From the NCBI GenBank assembly GCA_021792255.1, contig JAJYUZ010000005.1:1-64000 (forward strand): a DNA stretch of 64,000 nucleotides, read 5' to 3'. Under the pieces are notes generated by a model. That model worked only from the letters and a program-made list of their open reading frames with translations. It did not search any database and was not told the DNA's origin. The stretch comes from Thermoplasmata archaeon. Lineage in GTDB: Archaea > Thermoplasmatota > Thermoplasmata > Thermoplasmatales > GCA-001856825. Positions 1 through 9,700 of this stretch are shown one piece after another (the first letter of the stretch is position 1; the number at the start of each line of letters is the position of its first letter). The position numbers and the translations under genes were made by a program.

Positions 1-1018
1 TGCCCTTTCTGTGAAGCTCCCTGCTGACGAAAATCTGTCCCTCTGTGATGTAACCCGTCAGATCGGGGATGGGGTGGGTCATATCATCCGAGGGCATAGA
101 CAGAATCGGAAGCTGAGTAATTGAACCGTTTCTTCCCCTGATTTTCCCTGCCCTTTCGTATATCGTGGAAAGATCCGTGTACAAGTAACCAGGGTACCCT
201 CTCCTCCCTGGAACTTCCTCTCTTGCTGCAGATATTTCGCGCAGCGCTTCAGAATAGTTCGTCATATCACTGAGTATGACAAGGACGTGCATCTCCTTTT
301 GATATGCTAGATATTCGGCCGCTGTGAGTGCCACCCTCGGAAGGATGATCCTTTCCATTGAGGGGCTGGAAGCGAGGTTCAAAAATAGAACTGACCTCAT
401 TAGCGCACCAGTCTTTCTGAACTCGTCGATGAAGAAGTTAGCTTCTTCAGAAGTGATTCCCATGGCTCCGAAAATGATGGAGAAGCCCTCAGAAGAGCTC
501 AGCACCTTTGCCTGCCTTGCGATCTGCGCTGCGATCTTGTTGTGAGGAAGACCTGACCCTGAGAAGATTGGTAGTTTCTGTCCTCTTACGAGAGTGTTCA
601 TTCCATCGATAGTCGAGATACCTGTCTGTATGAACTCTGATGGTTCTTCTCTAGAATAAGGGTTGATTGCATTTCCAACTATCTCCACCCTTTCATTCGA
701 GATGATGGAACTCATTCCATCCAGTGGTTCTCCAAGTCCGTTGAACACTCTTCCTATCATTTCGTCCGAAACAGGAATCCTTGCGATGTCTCCCCTAAAG
801 CGGACGGACGTGTTGCCCGTATCCAGTCCGGTGGTCGGTCCAAATATCTGTACTACCGCAATTCCCTTTCTTGTATCAAGTACCTGGCCAGCCCTTACCT
901 CTCCATTTCCAAGAGTGATCTCAACCATTTCGTTGTAGCCTATGTTATCGACCTTTTCTACGAACAAAAGTGGTCCGGCTATTCTTGAAACGGTCTTATA
1001 TCTTATATCTGCACTCAT
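1..1018 (-). CDS. atpB: A/V-type ATP synthase subunit B (3' part runs off the window)
   Basis: Manual translation from ATG 1018: [33 protein letters not shown]..., with [37 protein letters not shown] and [15 protein letters not shown] motifs; ATGA overlap with the atpA stop. Confidence 0.97.
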   Translation of the reverse strand, partial: MSADIRYKTVSRIAGPLLFVEKVDNIGYNEMVEITLGNGEVRAGQVLDTRKGIAVVQIFGPTTGLDTGNTSVRFRGDIARIPVSDEMIGRVFNGLGEPLDGMSSIISNERVEIVGNAINPYSREEPSEFIQTGISTIDGMNTLVRGQKLPIFSGSGLPHNKIAAQIARQAKVLSSSEGFSIIFGAMGITSEEANFFIDEFRKTGALMRSVLFLNLASSPSMERIILPRVALTAAEYLAYQKEMHVLVILSDMTNYSEALREISAAREEVPGRRGYPGYLYTDLSTIYERAGKIRGRNGSITQLPILSMPSDDMTHPIPDLTGYITEGQIFVSRELHRKG

Positions 1019-4000
1019 TGTTTATCAGCCCTCTCCCTCGCTTCTGTTTCCATATCCTTGATCAGATCTCCATAATATTTGTCTATATCACTCTCTTTGA
1101 CTTCCTTGAATCTAGATAACTTCTCCTTGAAAGGAAGCGTATCTAGCTCTGACACCGTGACGCCCTTTGATACGGCGTATTTCTCGACTTCGTCCATGGC
1201 TAGTATGGATTTGAGCATCAGGTACTGTTTCTTCAGAGAACAGTATGTGTCGACCTCATCAAATGCACTCTGCTGCAGGAAATCTTCCCTGAGAGATTTA
1301 GCAATGTCAAGAACTTCCTTCTCATTCTCTGGAAGTGCATCATATCCAACCAGCTGTGCCACTTCCTGTAATTCTGCCTCTTTTTCTAGAATGGTCATGC
1401 TCTTTTGATACGAAGAGTACCAGTCCTCTGCAACGTTCTTGTCGAACCACTTGCTCAGTTCTTGAGAATACAACGAATAACTGTTTAACCAGTTTACAGA
1501 TGGAAAGTGTCTTCTCTGTGCAAGCGACGCGTCTAAGGCCCAGAAGACTCTTGTCACTCTCAGAGTGTTTTGGGATACTGGTTCAGATGTATCTCCTCCC
1601 GGTGGCGATACCGCTCCTATTACGGTAACAGATCCCCTTCTTTGATCGCTCGACACGACTCTGGCGTTGCCTGCTCTTTCGTAAAATTCAGCGATCCTTC
1701 TTCCGAGGTACGCAGGGTAACCTTCTTCTCCGGGCATTTCTTCAAGTCTCCCCGAAATTTCTCTAAGAGCCTCTGCCCACCTAGATGTACTGTCTGCCAT
1801 CAAGCCCACATCATAGCCCATATCCCTGAAATATTCTGCAAGGGTAATGCCTGTATATATGCTGGCCTCCCTTGCCGCTACTGGCATATTTGAAGTGTTT
1901 GCTATCAAGGTTGTCCTCTCCATCAAGGGCTTCCCTGTCTTTGGATCAGTCAGTCTGGGAAATTCGGTCAGCACTTCTGTGGCTTCGTTTCCTCTTTCTC
2001 CACAGGCTGTATATATTATAACGTCTGCATCTGACCATTTCGCAAGTTGATGCTGAACTACGGTGTTATGTAGTATTATCCCTCCGTACCCCCCGACAAA
2101 ATTCTGTCCGTAATCAGGAACAGATACGTCATACACTGTGACCGGTCCATTTTCTACCTCTATACTGGCAATCTCGTCACTGTAGACAAACTCTGATGAC
2201 TCTATTAGAGATTTATCGAAATCGTTTAACTGGGGCCCCTCCTCATCCTCTATGATTTGCGCGAAATTCGCAAATGTAGTCATGCTCATGTGCTCGCCGT
2301 TCCCTATATAATTATAGATCTCTATCCCGTTTTTGATGAGCTTGGAGTAAGAGGTATTCCTATACATTTCTCTTATGTATTCTGTCGATACAGGAGCAAT
2401 ATCAATCGAATTGAAACCGCGTACCTTTGAATCTATATATTTTCCAATTGAAGAAATCTTATTTGATTTACTCACAAAAACAGATGAAAGTACCTTGAGG
2501 TTAGAAATGCTCCTAATGAATATCCTATGATATGTTGTTCCATCGATCGTCCTAGTACCAGAAGTATGAATTATTCCCAGTCTTGTTAAGAGGTACGATA
2601 GCTGGTTCCTTAGTTTTGGACTGGCAGTCGAGAGTTCCACGTTTCCCTCGTAGAAGGACCCGTCTCCAATGAAATAGGCTTCAAGAAAGGCGTTCAGGGA
2701 CTCCTGGCTAGATGACAGAAGTAATTGAGGGATCTGTTTCGTGGAGGCTATCCTTCCGATATCAAGCAAGTCCAAGAGCTTGACCAAGACAGAACTGTGC
2801 ACTAGGACGTTTGGAGTTTTATCCCCCTGAAGCTCTAACCTTGAATTAAGGCCAAAGAGAAGTGAAACAAGCTCAGAAAATCTGTTAAGCAGGCGCTCAT
2901 CCGAATTTGTAAAAACTATAGTCTCTTCTCCTCTGATATAGCCCTCTGAAACATAGTAACCGATAAATTCAGCTAGCTCTTTGGTGATTTTAGATGGAAT
3001 TGTTACGGGTGAGCTTCTTCTGTCTCCAACTAGTTGTTTTGGAATAGGGGGTGCGAGTCCCATAGTCTCATATATTGTTTTCAGCCACTTCAGTTTCGGT
3101 GCGACAGATCTGGTACTTCTTGTTAGACTATAACGCGCATTTTTTGGGAGGTCGATTTTAATTTTTTGTGATATTGCTTCTTTCAATAGTTCCGAAGTAT
3201 CCTTCTTGATTTTCTCATCAAGCGCGCGGAGCTCAGGTAGATCATATAAATCGATCTTCGAGTCTTCATTTCTTACATTAATTTTCTTTGCTGATAATAT
3301 GTAATCTCCAATGATTAGATTACTAGCCATCGTCTCGCGTATTTTTCCTCTCTCATCAACCCTGAATAATTTATGGACTGGAGTCACTTTGACTATTCTT
3401 CCGGTTCGAGTCTTGATCTTGATCACGCTATCACTCTTCCCCTTGTACATCAAACTTGACTTACTGCTCGAAATCTTGTTATCATTGTAAGAAAATAGTT
3501 TTATAGGTTCTGGAACTTTGAGATATTCTCCATCTTTCTCTTTTACTTTCTTTGCTGTTTTTTCGTGTCTATTGTAGAGTTCCTCTATCTCAATTAGAGA
3601 TCCATCGCCCAAAAGCACTGGAGTATCGCCCGTAACACACTTTCCGGATCCAAATGGTCCCGGAACAGCAACGGTTCCTCCCTTTGCAACAGGGAAGAAT
3701 GAATCGATGACTCTTTGCCCAGTTACAAGAGGAATTTCCGGTGGTAACTTATTCTTCACTGGTCTCGGTTGTCGTACTGGCCATACCTGACCCAACGGAA
3801 TCTCTTTGACTCCGGATTTTGTCATAACGGTGCCAACTGTTTGTAATGGAGTAAACTCTCCATCTTCTATGCTCTCAATGGTCCCTTCAATTCCGAAGGG
3901 TACCATTATTCTGTGATCTATAAGTGATGTTTCCTTCACTACTCCAACTATGTCACCCGATGATACCTTGTCACCCTTCTTGACGGATGGGGTGAATTTC

Positions 4001-4344
4001 CATTTTTTCTTCATGTCTACCGGTGTAGGATAGATTCCCCTTTGGATGAAATCTCCACCCTGAGCCCTTATCACGTCCAGAGGTCTCTGGACTCCATCAT
4101 AGATAGATGAAAGTATCCCTGGGGCGAGTACGACCGATAGCGGATGGCCGGTAGATTCGACATCTTGTCCCGGCTTGATCCCGCTGGTATCCTCGTATAC
4201 CTGTATGGTGGCCTTGCTGCCTTCCATACCTATGATCTCTCCCAGGAGACCCAGCTCTCCCACTCTCACCACGTCATACATCCTTGCATTTTCTATCTCT
4301 TCAGCGATTACCACTGGTCCAGCAACTCTCAAAATCTTTCCCAT
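1015..4344 (-). CDS. atpA: A/V-type ATP synthase catalytic subunit A, intein-containing (about 584 aa after splicing)
   Basis: GPFGSGK|TV Walker A split by an insertion; [20 protein letters not shown] and [11 protein letters not shown] motifs; operon context. Confidence 0.98.
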   Translation of the reverse strand: MGKILRVAGPVVIAEEIENARMYDVVRVGELGLLGEIIGMEGSKATIQVYEDTSGIKPGQDVESTGHPLSVVLAPGILSSIYDGVQRPLDVIRAQGGDFIQRGIYPTPVDMKKKWKFTPSVKKGDKVSSGDIVGVVKETSLIDHRIMVPFGIEGTIESIEDGEFTPLQTVGTVMTKSGVKEIPLGQVWPVRQPRPVKNKLPPEIPLVTGQRVIDSFFPVAKGGTVAVPGPFGSGKCVTGDTPVLLGDGSLIEIEELYNRHEKTAKKVKEKDGEYLKVPEPIKLFSYNDNKISSSKSSLMYKGKSDSVIKIKTRTGRIVKVTPVHKLFRVDERGKIRETMASNLIIGDYILSAKKINVRNEDSKIDLYDLPELRALDEKIKKDTSELLKEAISQKIKIDLPKNARYSLTRSTRSVAPKLKWLKTIYETMGLAPPIPKQLVGDRRSSPVTIPSKITKELAEFIGYYVSEGYIRGEETIVFTNSDERLLNRFSELVSLLFGLNSRLELQGDKTPNVLVHSSVLVKLLDLLDIGRIASTKQIPQLLLSSSQESLNAFLEAYFIGDGSFYEGNVELSTASPKLRNQLSYLLTRLGIIHTSGTRTIDGTTYHRIFIRSISNLKVLSSVFVSKSNKISSIGKYIDSKVRGFNSIDIAPVSTEYIREMYRNTSYSKLIKNGIEIYNYIGNGEHMSMTTFANFAQIIEDEEGPQLNDFDKSLIESSEFVYSDEIASIEVENGPVTVYDVSVPDYGQNFVGGYGGIILHNTVVQHQLAKWSDADVIIYTACGERGNEATEVLTEFPRLTDPKTGKPLMERTTLIANTSNMPVAAREASIYTGITLAEYFRDMGYDVGLMADSTSRWAEALREISGRLEEMPGEEGYPAYLGRRIAEFYERAGNARVVSSDQRRGSVTVIGAVSPPGGDTSEPVSQNTLRVTRVFWALDASLAQRRHFPSVNWLNSYSLYSQELSKWFDKNVAEDWYSSYQKSMTILEKEAELQEVAQLVGYDALPENEKEVLDIAKSLREDFLQQSAFDEVDTYCSLKKQYLMLKSILAMDEVEKYAVSKGVTVSELDTLPFKEKLSRFKEVKESDIDKYYGDLIKDMETEARERADKQ
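2065..3639 (-). mobile_element. Intein (525 aa) with LAGLIDADG homing endonuclease, in the AtpA P-loop
   Basis: Starts CVTGDTPV, block B VTPVHKL, ends VYDVSVP...NFVGG...ILHN followed by Thr; two LAGLIDADG-like helices ([22 protein letters not shown]). Confidence 0.95.
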
Positions 4345-4680
4345 TCACATTCCTCCAAGATCCATATTTATTCCCAAGATTCTCCTAGCCAAATCAGAAA
4401 TTCCCTCCTCCTCTGCTCCTTGAGTAACGGGTACAAAGACCACTAGAGGAGAGACGCTCCCGTAGAGCAAATTTAAAAATTTCTTGTCCAAACCTCCTAA
4501 GAAACTGTTGGAGGCAAGAATCAAACCAAATTTACCTGAATAGTATAATTCCCTCAACTGATCGGGAAAGGTATTACTGTCGACGATAAAAGAGTCCTCT
4601 ATCCCGACGAGCTTGAATCCTATGGCCAGCTCCCTTTCGCCTATGAACGCAATTCTTCCAAACTTGCTTTGCTCAACCAA
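4345..4680 (-). CDS. atpF: A/V-type ATP synthase subunit F
   Basis: RIAFIGERELAIGFKLVGI N-terminal motif, 111 aa, between the C and A subunit genes. Confidence 0.92.
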   Translation of the reverse strand: MVEQSKFGRIAFIGERELAIGFKLVGIEDSFIVDSNTFPDQLRELYYSGKFGLILASNSFLGGLDKKFLNLLYGSVSPLVVFVPVTQGAEEEGISDLARRILGINMDLGGM

Positions 4681-4687
4681 TCCTATT

Positions 4688-5749
4688 TCACCCCAGATTT
4701 ATCGTAGTCATTTTGATCGTCTCCTCTTCTATTCCATAGTACCTGCTGAACGCTAGATTCCTGAGATCCTTCCACTCCGCCTCTGCCCTCAGGAGAAATG
4801 CGATTATGTTGTTGAGTGAAAGAGCGCTCATCTCTAGGATGTTGATGAATTCCCAGTAAAGATTCCTGTTGAGCTCTCCCTCTATTCCCACCAAGGAACC
4901 TCTCCTCTTGTAGAAGTCGTATCCCTTTGACAGGTCGGCATAGACCTTCAGTTTGTTCACGAACTCTTCCACATCGGTACTCTTCGATAGATCGTCAATG
5001 AGTTGCTGAGGTAGGCTCCCTCCGTTGAGTATGTAGTTAGACGTGAGCTGTTCTGATCCGAACTCAACGAACTTCAGGAGCGTCATTATGTTCTTCAAGT
5101 CGATGGTCTTCCTAATGAACCTCAATATTGGTCCTTCAGATCCGGAATAGAACCTGAATTTGTCCTTCATCAGGTCGAAATAATAGAGGTCCAGTGAAAG
5201 GAGAAGGGTGGAGATGTTGTTGGTCTTCCTGTACTCGTCCATATATGCCAGCAGAGCCTTGCCATAGCCAAATTTAAGCGTATAGGCTATGATGTCTTCG
5301 ATGTTGTCCATCTGTATGAGGTTCCGGTAGTCGTTTGCATCTAGAAGACCCGCGAATACTCCCAGCTGGGTGTTCGTCTCAGAGACCAGGTTGAGAGAAG
5401 TCTGCTCTATCCTCAGGTTGAGGTTCTTTGAAACGAGAATGGTCTTGATGTTCTGTATGTCCCACTTCGTCACATAAGACACTATGAGATCCTTACCATT
5501 TTGAGGGGTTACAGCCAGTGCCCTCCTGTTGGTCCTTGCAAGGTGCAGATTGTTTGATGCCTCGATCAAATCCAATCCCTTGTAGTCTGAGGACATTGAG
5601 ATCTCCTCATTATAGCCACGAGAACTCGCATAGCTGATGAAATCTTCTGGGTTCGAGAGACGGAACATGTCCTCATAGTCCTTCCTTTGGAGAAATTGCG
5701 TTTTAGCGACTTTAAGGGTTCCGTAAGGAAGGCCGTAAGAGGTTTGCAT
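4688..5749 (-). CDS. atpC: A/V-type ATP synthase subunit C
   Basis: 353 aa, KWDIQNIKTIL, IDLKNIMTLL and RAEAEWKDLRNL repeats typical of vATP-synt_AC39; operon position. Confidence 0.9.
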   Translation of the reverse strand: MQTSYGLPYGTLKVAKTQFLQRKDYEDMFRLSNPEDFISYASSRGYNEEISMSSDYKGLDLIEASNNLHLARTNRRALAVTPQNGKDLIVSYVTKWDIQNIKTILVSKNLNLRIEQTSLNLVSETNTQLGVFAGLLDANDYRNLIQMDNIEDIIAYTLKFGYGKALLAYMDEYRKTNNISTLLLSLDLYYFDLMKDKFRFYSGSEGPILRFIRKTIDLKNIMTLLKFVEFGSEQLTSNYILNGGSLPQQLIDDLSKSTDVEEFVNKLKVYADLSKGYDFYKRRGSLVGIEGELNRNLYWEFINILEMSALSLNNIIAFLLRAEAEWKDLRNLAFSRYYGIEEETIKMTTINLG

Positions 5750-5753
5750 GAAA

Positions 5754-6323
5754 TCACCCGTTTATGTATTCTCTGACTATCTTCTTGATCTCATCGCTCT
5801 TTCTTCTTATGGCTTCTGCAAAAGTCAGGTCGATGCTCATTTTACCATCGGCCGAAGTGACTATCGCACCACCAAGAGGTCCAATAACATTAGGTGCGGT
5901 ATCTATCTTGAGTCCTATTCCCTTCATTCTCTTTGCATCTCCTTCGTCCAGATGCACAACTGCATCGTCTCCTAGGATTTTTTTTGCCCTCTCTATCACT
6001 CTGCTGAGGTACTTGAGATAATCGTCAGTTGCCCTGAGTTGAGAGACTCTGGACGCAAGCGCTTCCATATATTCGTTCTCAATATTCTCCCTGGTCTTTT
6101 CAGCAAAGAATCTGCCTTCTAGAGTCGCGGAAGAAGTTCTCTGTTTTCGTTCCGTATCGGCTTCTTCCTTTGCCTTTGATTCGTAATATTTCTGAATGGA
6201 AGACGTCTTTCCTTTTGCCTCTTCTAGAATTTGCTTTGCCTTTTCCCTGCTTCCGCTGAGTATCTCTTCCTCTTCCTTTTCCGTGTCCTTGATTATTCTG
6301 TCCAGTATCTCCTCCAGAGGCAT
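5754..6323 (-). CDS. atpE: A/V-type ATP synthase subunit E
   Basis: MPLEEILDRI start, charged coiled coil, C-terminal LGGAIVTSADGKMSIDLTF. Confidence 0.92.
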   Translation of the reverse strand: MPLEEILDRIIKDTEKEEEEILSGSREKAKQILEEAKGKTSSIQKYYESKAKEEADTERKQRTSSATLEGRFFAEKTRENIENEYMEALASRVSQLRATDDYLKYLSRVIERAKKILGDDAVVHLDEGDAKRMKGIGLKIDTAPNVIGPLGGAIVTSADGKMSIDLTFAEAIRRKSDEIKKIVREYING

Positions 6324-6327
6324 AGAC

Positions 6328-6558
6328 TCACAGGATGTGCAGGAGCAAAATCAACCCTAGGACAAATCCGATTATCCAGAGCGTCTCCGGTATTACGAAG
6401 AAGAATAGCACTTGTCCGAATTTTTCCGGTTTTTCAGCTATGACTCCCATACCTGAAGCACCAATTCCGCTTTGAGCCATTCCGGTACCTATAAGACCAC
6501 CGGCCATGGCAATGGATGCGGCAATGGCAAATAGCGCATCAGTTGTAGTAACTACCAT
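6328..6558 (-). CDS. atpK: ATP synthase proteolipid subunit K/c (single hairpin)
   Basis: Two hydrophobic helices, AQSGIGASGMG...AEKPE...IPETL with the ion-binding Glu; ATG 6558 preferred over 6570 because a TATA-like TTTTATT lies about 27 nt upstream. Confidence 0.93.
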   Translation of the reverse strand: MVVTTTDALFAIAASIAMAGGLIGTGMAQSGIGASGMGVIAEKPEKFGQVLFFFVIPETLWIIGFVLGLILLLHIL

Positions 6559-6738
6559 TAGTATCAGCACTTCATGTTCGAGAGAATAAAAGTATTTTGC
6601 AAATTAAATGGCAATGAAAAATCTGTGCACGCAAAATGCGTGGAAGCACGCGAAATTGAGAAAATTCCCGATCAATTGAAAGCAAACTCGTGCCAGATAA
6701 TCAATAGCCCTTCGAAAGAGCGAGTCGTGTGAATTTCT

Positions 6739-9700
6739 TCAGTTTTTGCTTCTCTTTCCATTTTTCCTCATCAACAGGACCGTTGCAGCAACAATCAGGA
6801 CGAGAACAATGACTATAGCAATAATGAGGTAGTACCACAGATTAAGACCAGCGGTCTGGGGAGAAGTAGTGAATGCAATATGCTGGATGACGTTCGAACC
6901 ACTCACCGTAATGTTCCCGCTGTGCGGGCTTGAGAAGTAGCCTGACATTTTCTCAATGGTATATGCAAAAGCTCCATTGGGTTCGTACACAATGACAGAA
7001 CTATTGGTTGACGTGCTGAGAATTCCGTCGAGGTAGACCCCCCACTGCATTCCCGCTTTGAGACCAGACTCTTGGAACTTGATGCTGTAGATGCTTGTCG
7101 TGGCCGAGGCAAAGGTCACCGTGTGATTTTGGCTCGACCCATTTACCGAAAGCGTCACAGAAGCAGGATAGGCAGCATAATTAGTCGACGAGAAAGACAC
7201 TGGATAGGAGCCGTTAGTTAGGTACAGCAATAGATATTGAGAGGTCGAAGAGTATACTGTCGAGCCGCTGGTCACCGACCACTGAGAGCCCGAAGGAAGT
7301 CCGTTTTCGGTGAAGTTGACGAGGTACGAATTGTTAAGGGTGAAGAACACATATGTCGTGACTGAGTGCCCTACGATGTCAGTGATTCCAGTCGACGGGT
7401 TGACCTTCATCGAGCTGTTGGATGAGGCTGTGAACGAGTACGTCCCGTTCGGAAGAGAGAATGTGACAGTCGAAGTTCCGGAACTCACGGTGCCATTCAG
7501 GTCAATCTGGAACGGCACTCCAGCTGGTAGACCATTTTCGACGAAGCTCGCGCTGTAGTATGTGACGGTCGCATAGTTAGACCTCTGGCTCATTCCGAAA
7601 GGATCTACCGCATACACCCAGAACTTGTAATCCCCGCCATTTTTGACCTGGAAGTTGTATGAGGTCGTGTTGTTGGAAAGAATGACGGAGAGGTAAATGT
7701 GTCCGTTTATGGAAGCGTTGAGCAAATAGCGCTGAATATGGTACTCAGATCCCCCAGGAACGGACCAGTTCAAAGATATCGTGCTCGCGTTGGAACCAGT
7801 TATCTGAAGTACGGGTGAGGGAGGTGGAACTATCGCATTGTAAGTCAGTACCAAGTCCATCAGAGGTCTACTCGTATTCCCATAATTGCTCATTGTATAG
7901 GACATAAGAGCGCTGTTGGTCTTTTCAATGTTGAAGTAAGTTATGTTCCGAATATTCACTGTGAAGTTGAACGTATCTCTGACATCTGGCTTCGGATTCC
8001 ATCCTGGCAGCTTGCCTAGGCAGTAGACCTGCAACTTGTCGAGGTATTGAGTCTGATCGAGTGTCGACACGCCAACGAAACTTGTCTCGTTTCCAGATAT
8101 CAGCGCGACTGAAGAAGTCGAAATCGGAAGTCTCAGATACAAAGTGTAGAGGAAGGCGGGAGCCGACAGGTTTGAGATGTTGTACCCTACGAATACGTCT
8201 CCATAGGAGGCGTTTGTGTACAACACGAACAGGATGTCGCTCGAATTGTCTGCAAGTCCTGCCTGCTTTATCGTATAGCCGGGGAACGTGGGAAGTTGAT
8301 AAACTGAAGGGGCTGGAGGAGGGCCGAACAGTAATGGCCTGTATCCCAGTATCTCGTAGCTGCCATTCACAAACTGTACGAGTAAATTCTGATATCCAGA
8401 GTTGGTGATCCTGAACGACACGATGTTGCTCGCATCGGGAATGGAAATGTTGAGCGTGGAGTAAGTCACGCCGCTCTCCACTAAGGGTAATGGACCCTGA
8501 GACATCTCATACTCCCTAAGGTACGGAGATGAGGTTGTATTCTTGCTCCACAGCAAGACCACGTAAATCGCACTTCCTATCTGAGCCAGAGAATAAGAGT
8601 TAGCAATTCCGGACGAAGTGATATTGAATGGCTTCGACCAGTTGAAAGTCGTAGTGTTGAAAACGGAGTACTGAAGCAGCGCAGTCGAGACCAAAAATGG
8701 GTTTGAGACGTTGGTATCGTTGTAAGGGACTGCGATCCAGAGAACCGCGAGACTCCCGTTCTGCAGGATCATCGCTTTGGGGTTAGTAATTATGAATCCA
8801 TTCTCTTTTGGATCGGGAAGATAGGTAACGTTCCTCGAGCTGGAATTGGAAAGCAGCAGTTGGATACCCAGACCGTGTCTTTCAGATACCGACACGTTGT
8901 CGTACGAATAGAGAATGTATGTGCTGTTGTTTGACGTGGATGATGCGAATCTGGCGTAGGGGTAGGCATCGTTGATTGCGGTTCCGTTCCACTGTCCGTC
9001 GACCCATCTGTAACTCTGATAGTTGGAAGTGTTGTAGTACCTAGGGGTGAGGGTGAAATTTGAAGCGTTCCCGCTTGTGGCATTCATTGTTATTCTAGAT
9101 ACGTGCGAAAGAGTGGTGGGGCCCCAGTTGAACAGATTGTACGCTCCAGATGTCCATATCGTCCCTGACCAAACGAGTGCATTCCAGTCAACAAAGAGCG
9201 AACCCTGCACGTCTCCTCCTATGGTGAAAGGAGAAGGTATGATGCTCATGTTGATGTTGAAAGTGAGAGTGCCACCTCCGGAGACTGAGGCTATTCCTAT
9301 TCCTGCGTTGAGAGCCGCGGAAACCGCGATGCTGACCTGAGAAGTGATACTGGTTATCATCACGTCCAGATTAGCGATGAACTGAGACGAAGAGGAATTT
9401 GTCGGCGCAAGAGCCAAGGTCAGCACGAATGTCGGAGCTATCGTGATCGTCACACTCAGACCTATGTTCACCGTTCCAACATCGGGGACGCTGAAACTGT
9501 ATCCCACAATCGGGATTGGAATTGAGACAGACCCGGAGACGCTTACAGTCATCGTGGAAGATATCCACGTGACATTTCCGTTGCTGGCCGAGAATTGGCC
9601 GGTCAGAGAGAGAGAAAATGTAATCGGCAGTCCTGGAATTGAGTTCGTGCTAATCCCGGCGATAGAAAGGCTGGGAGACGCTATGTGCGCATTCATGGAA

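Noticed and set aside
324-2050. Several + strand ORFs over atpB and atpA
   Set aside because: Antisense shadows of conserved genes, as are most short ORFs overlapping long CDSs elsewhere in the track.
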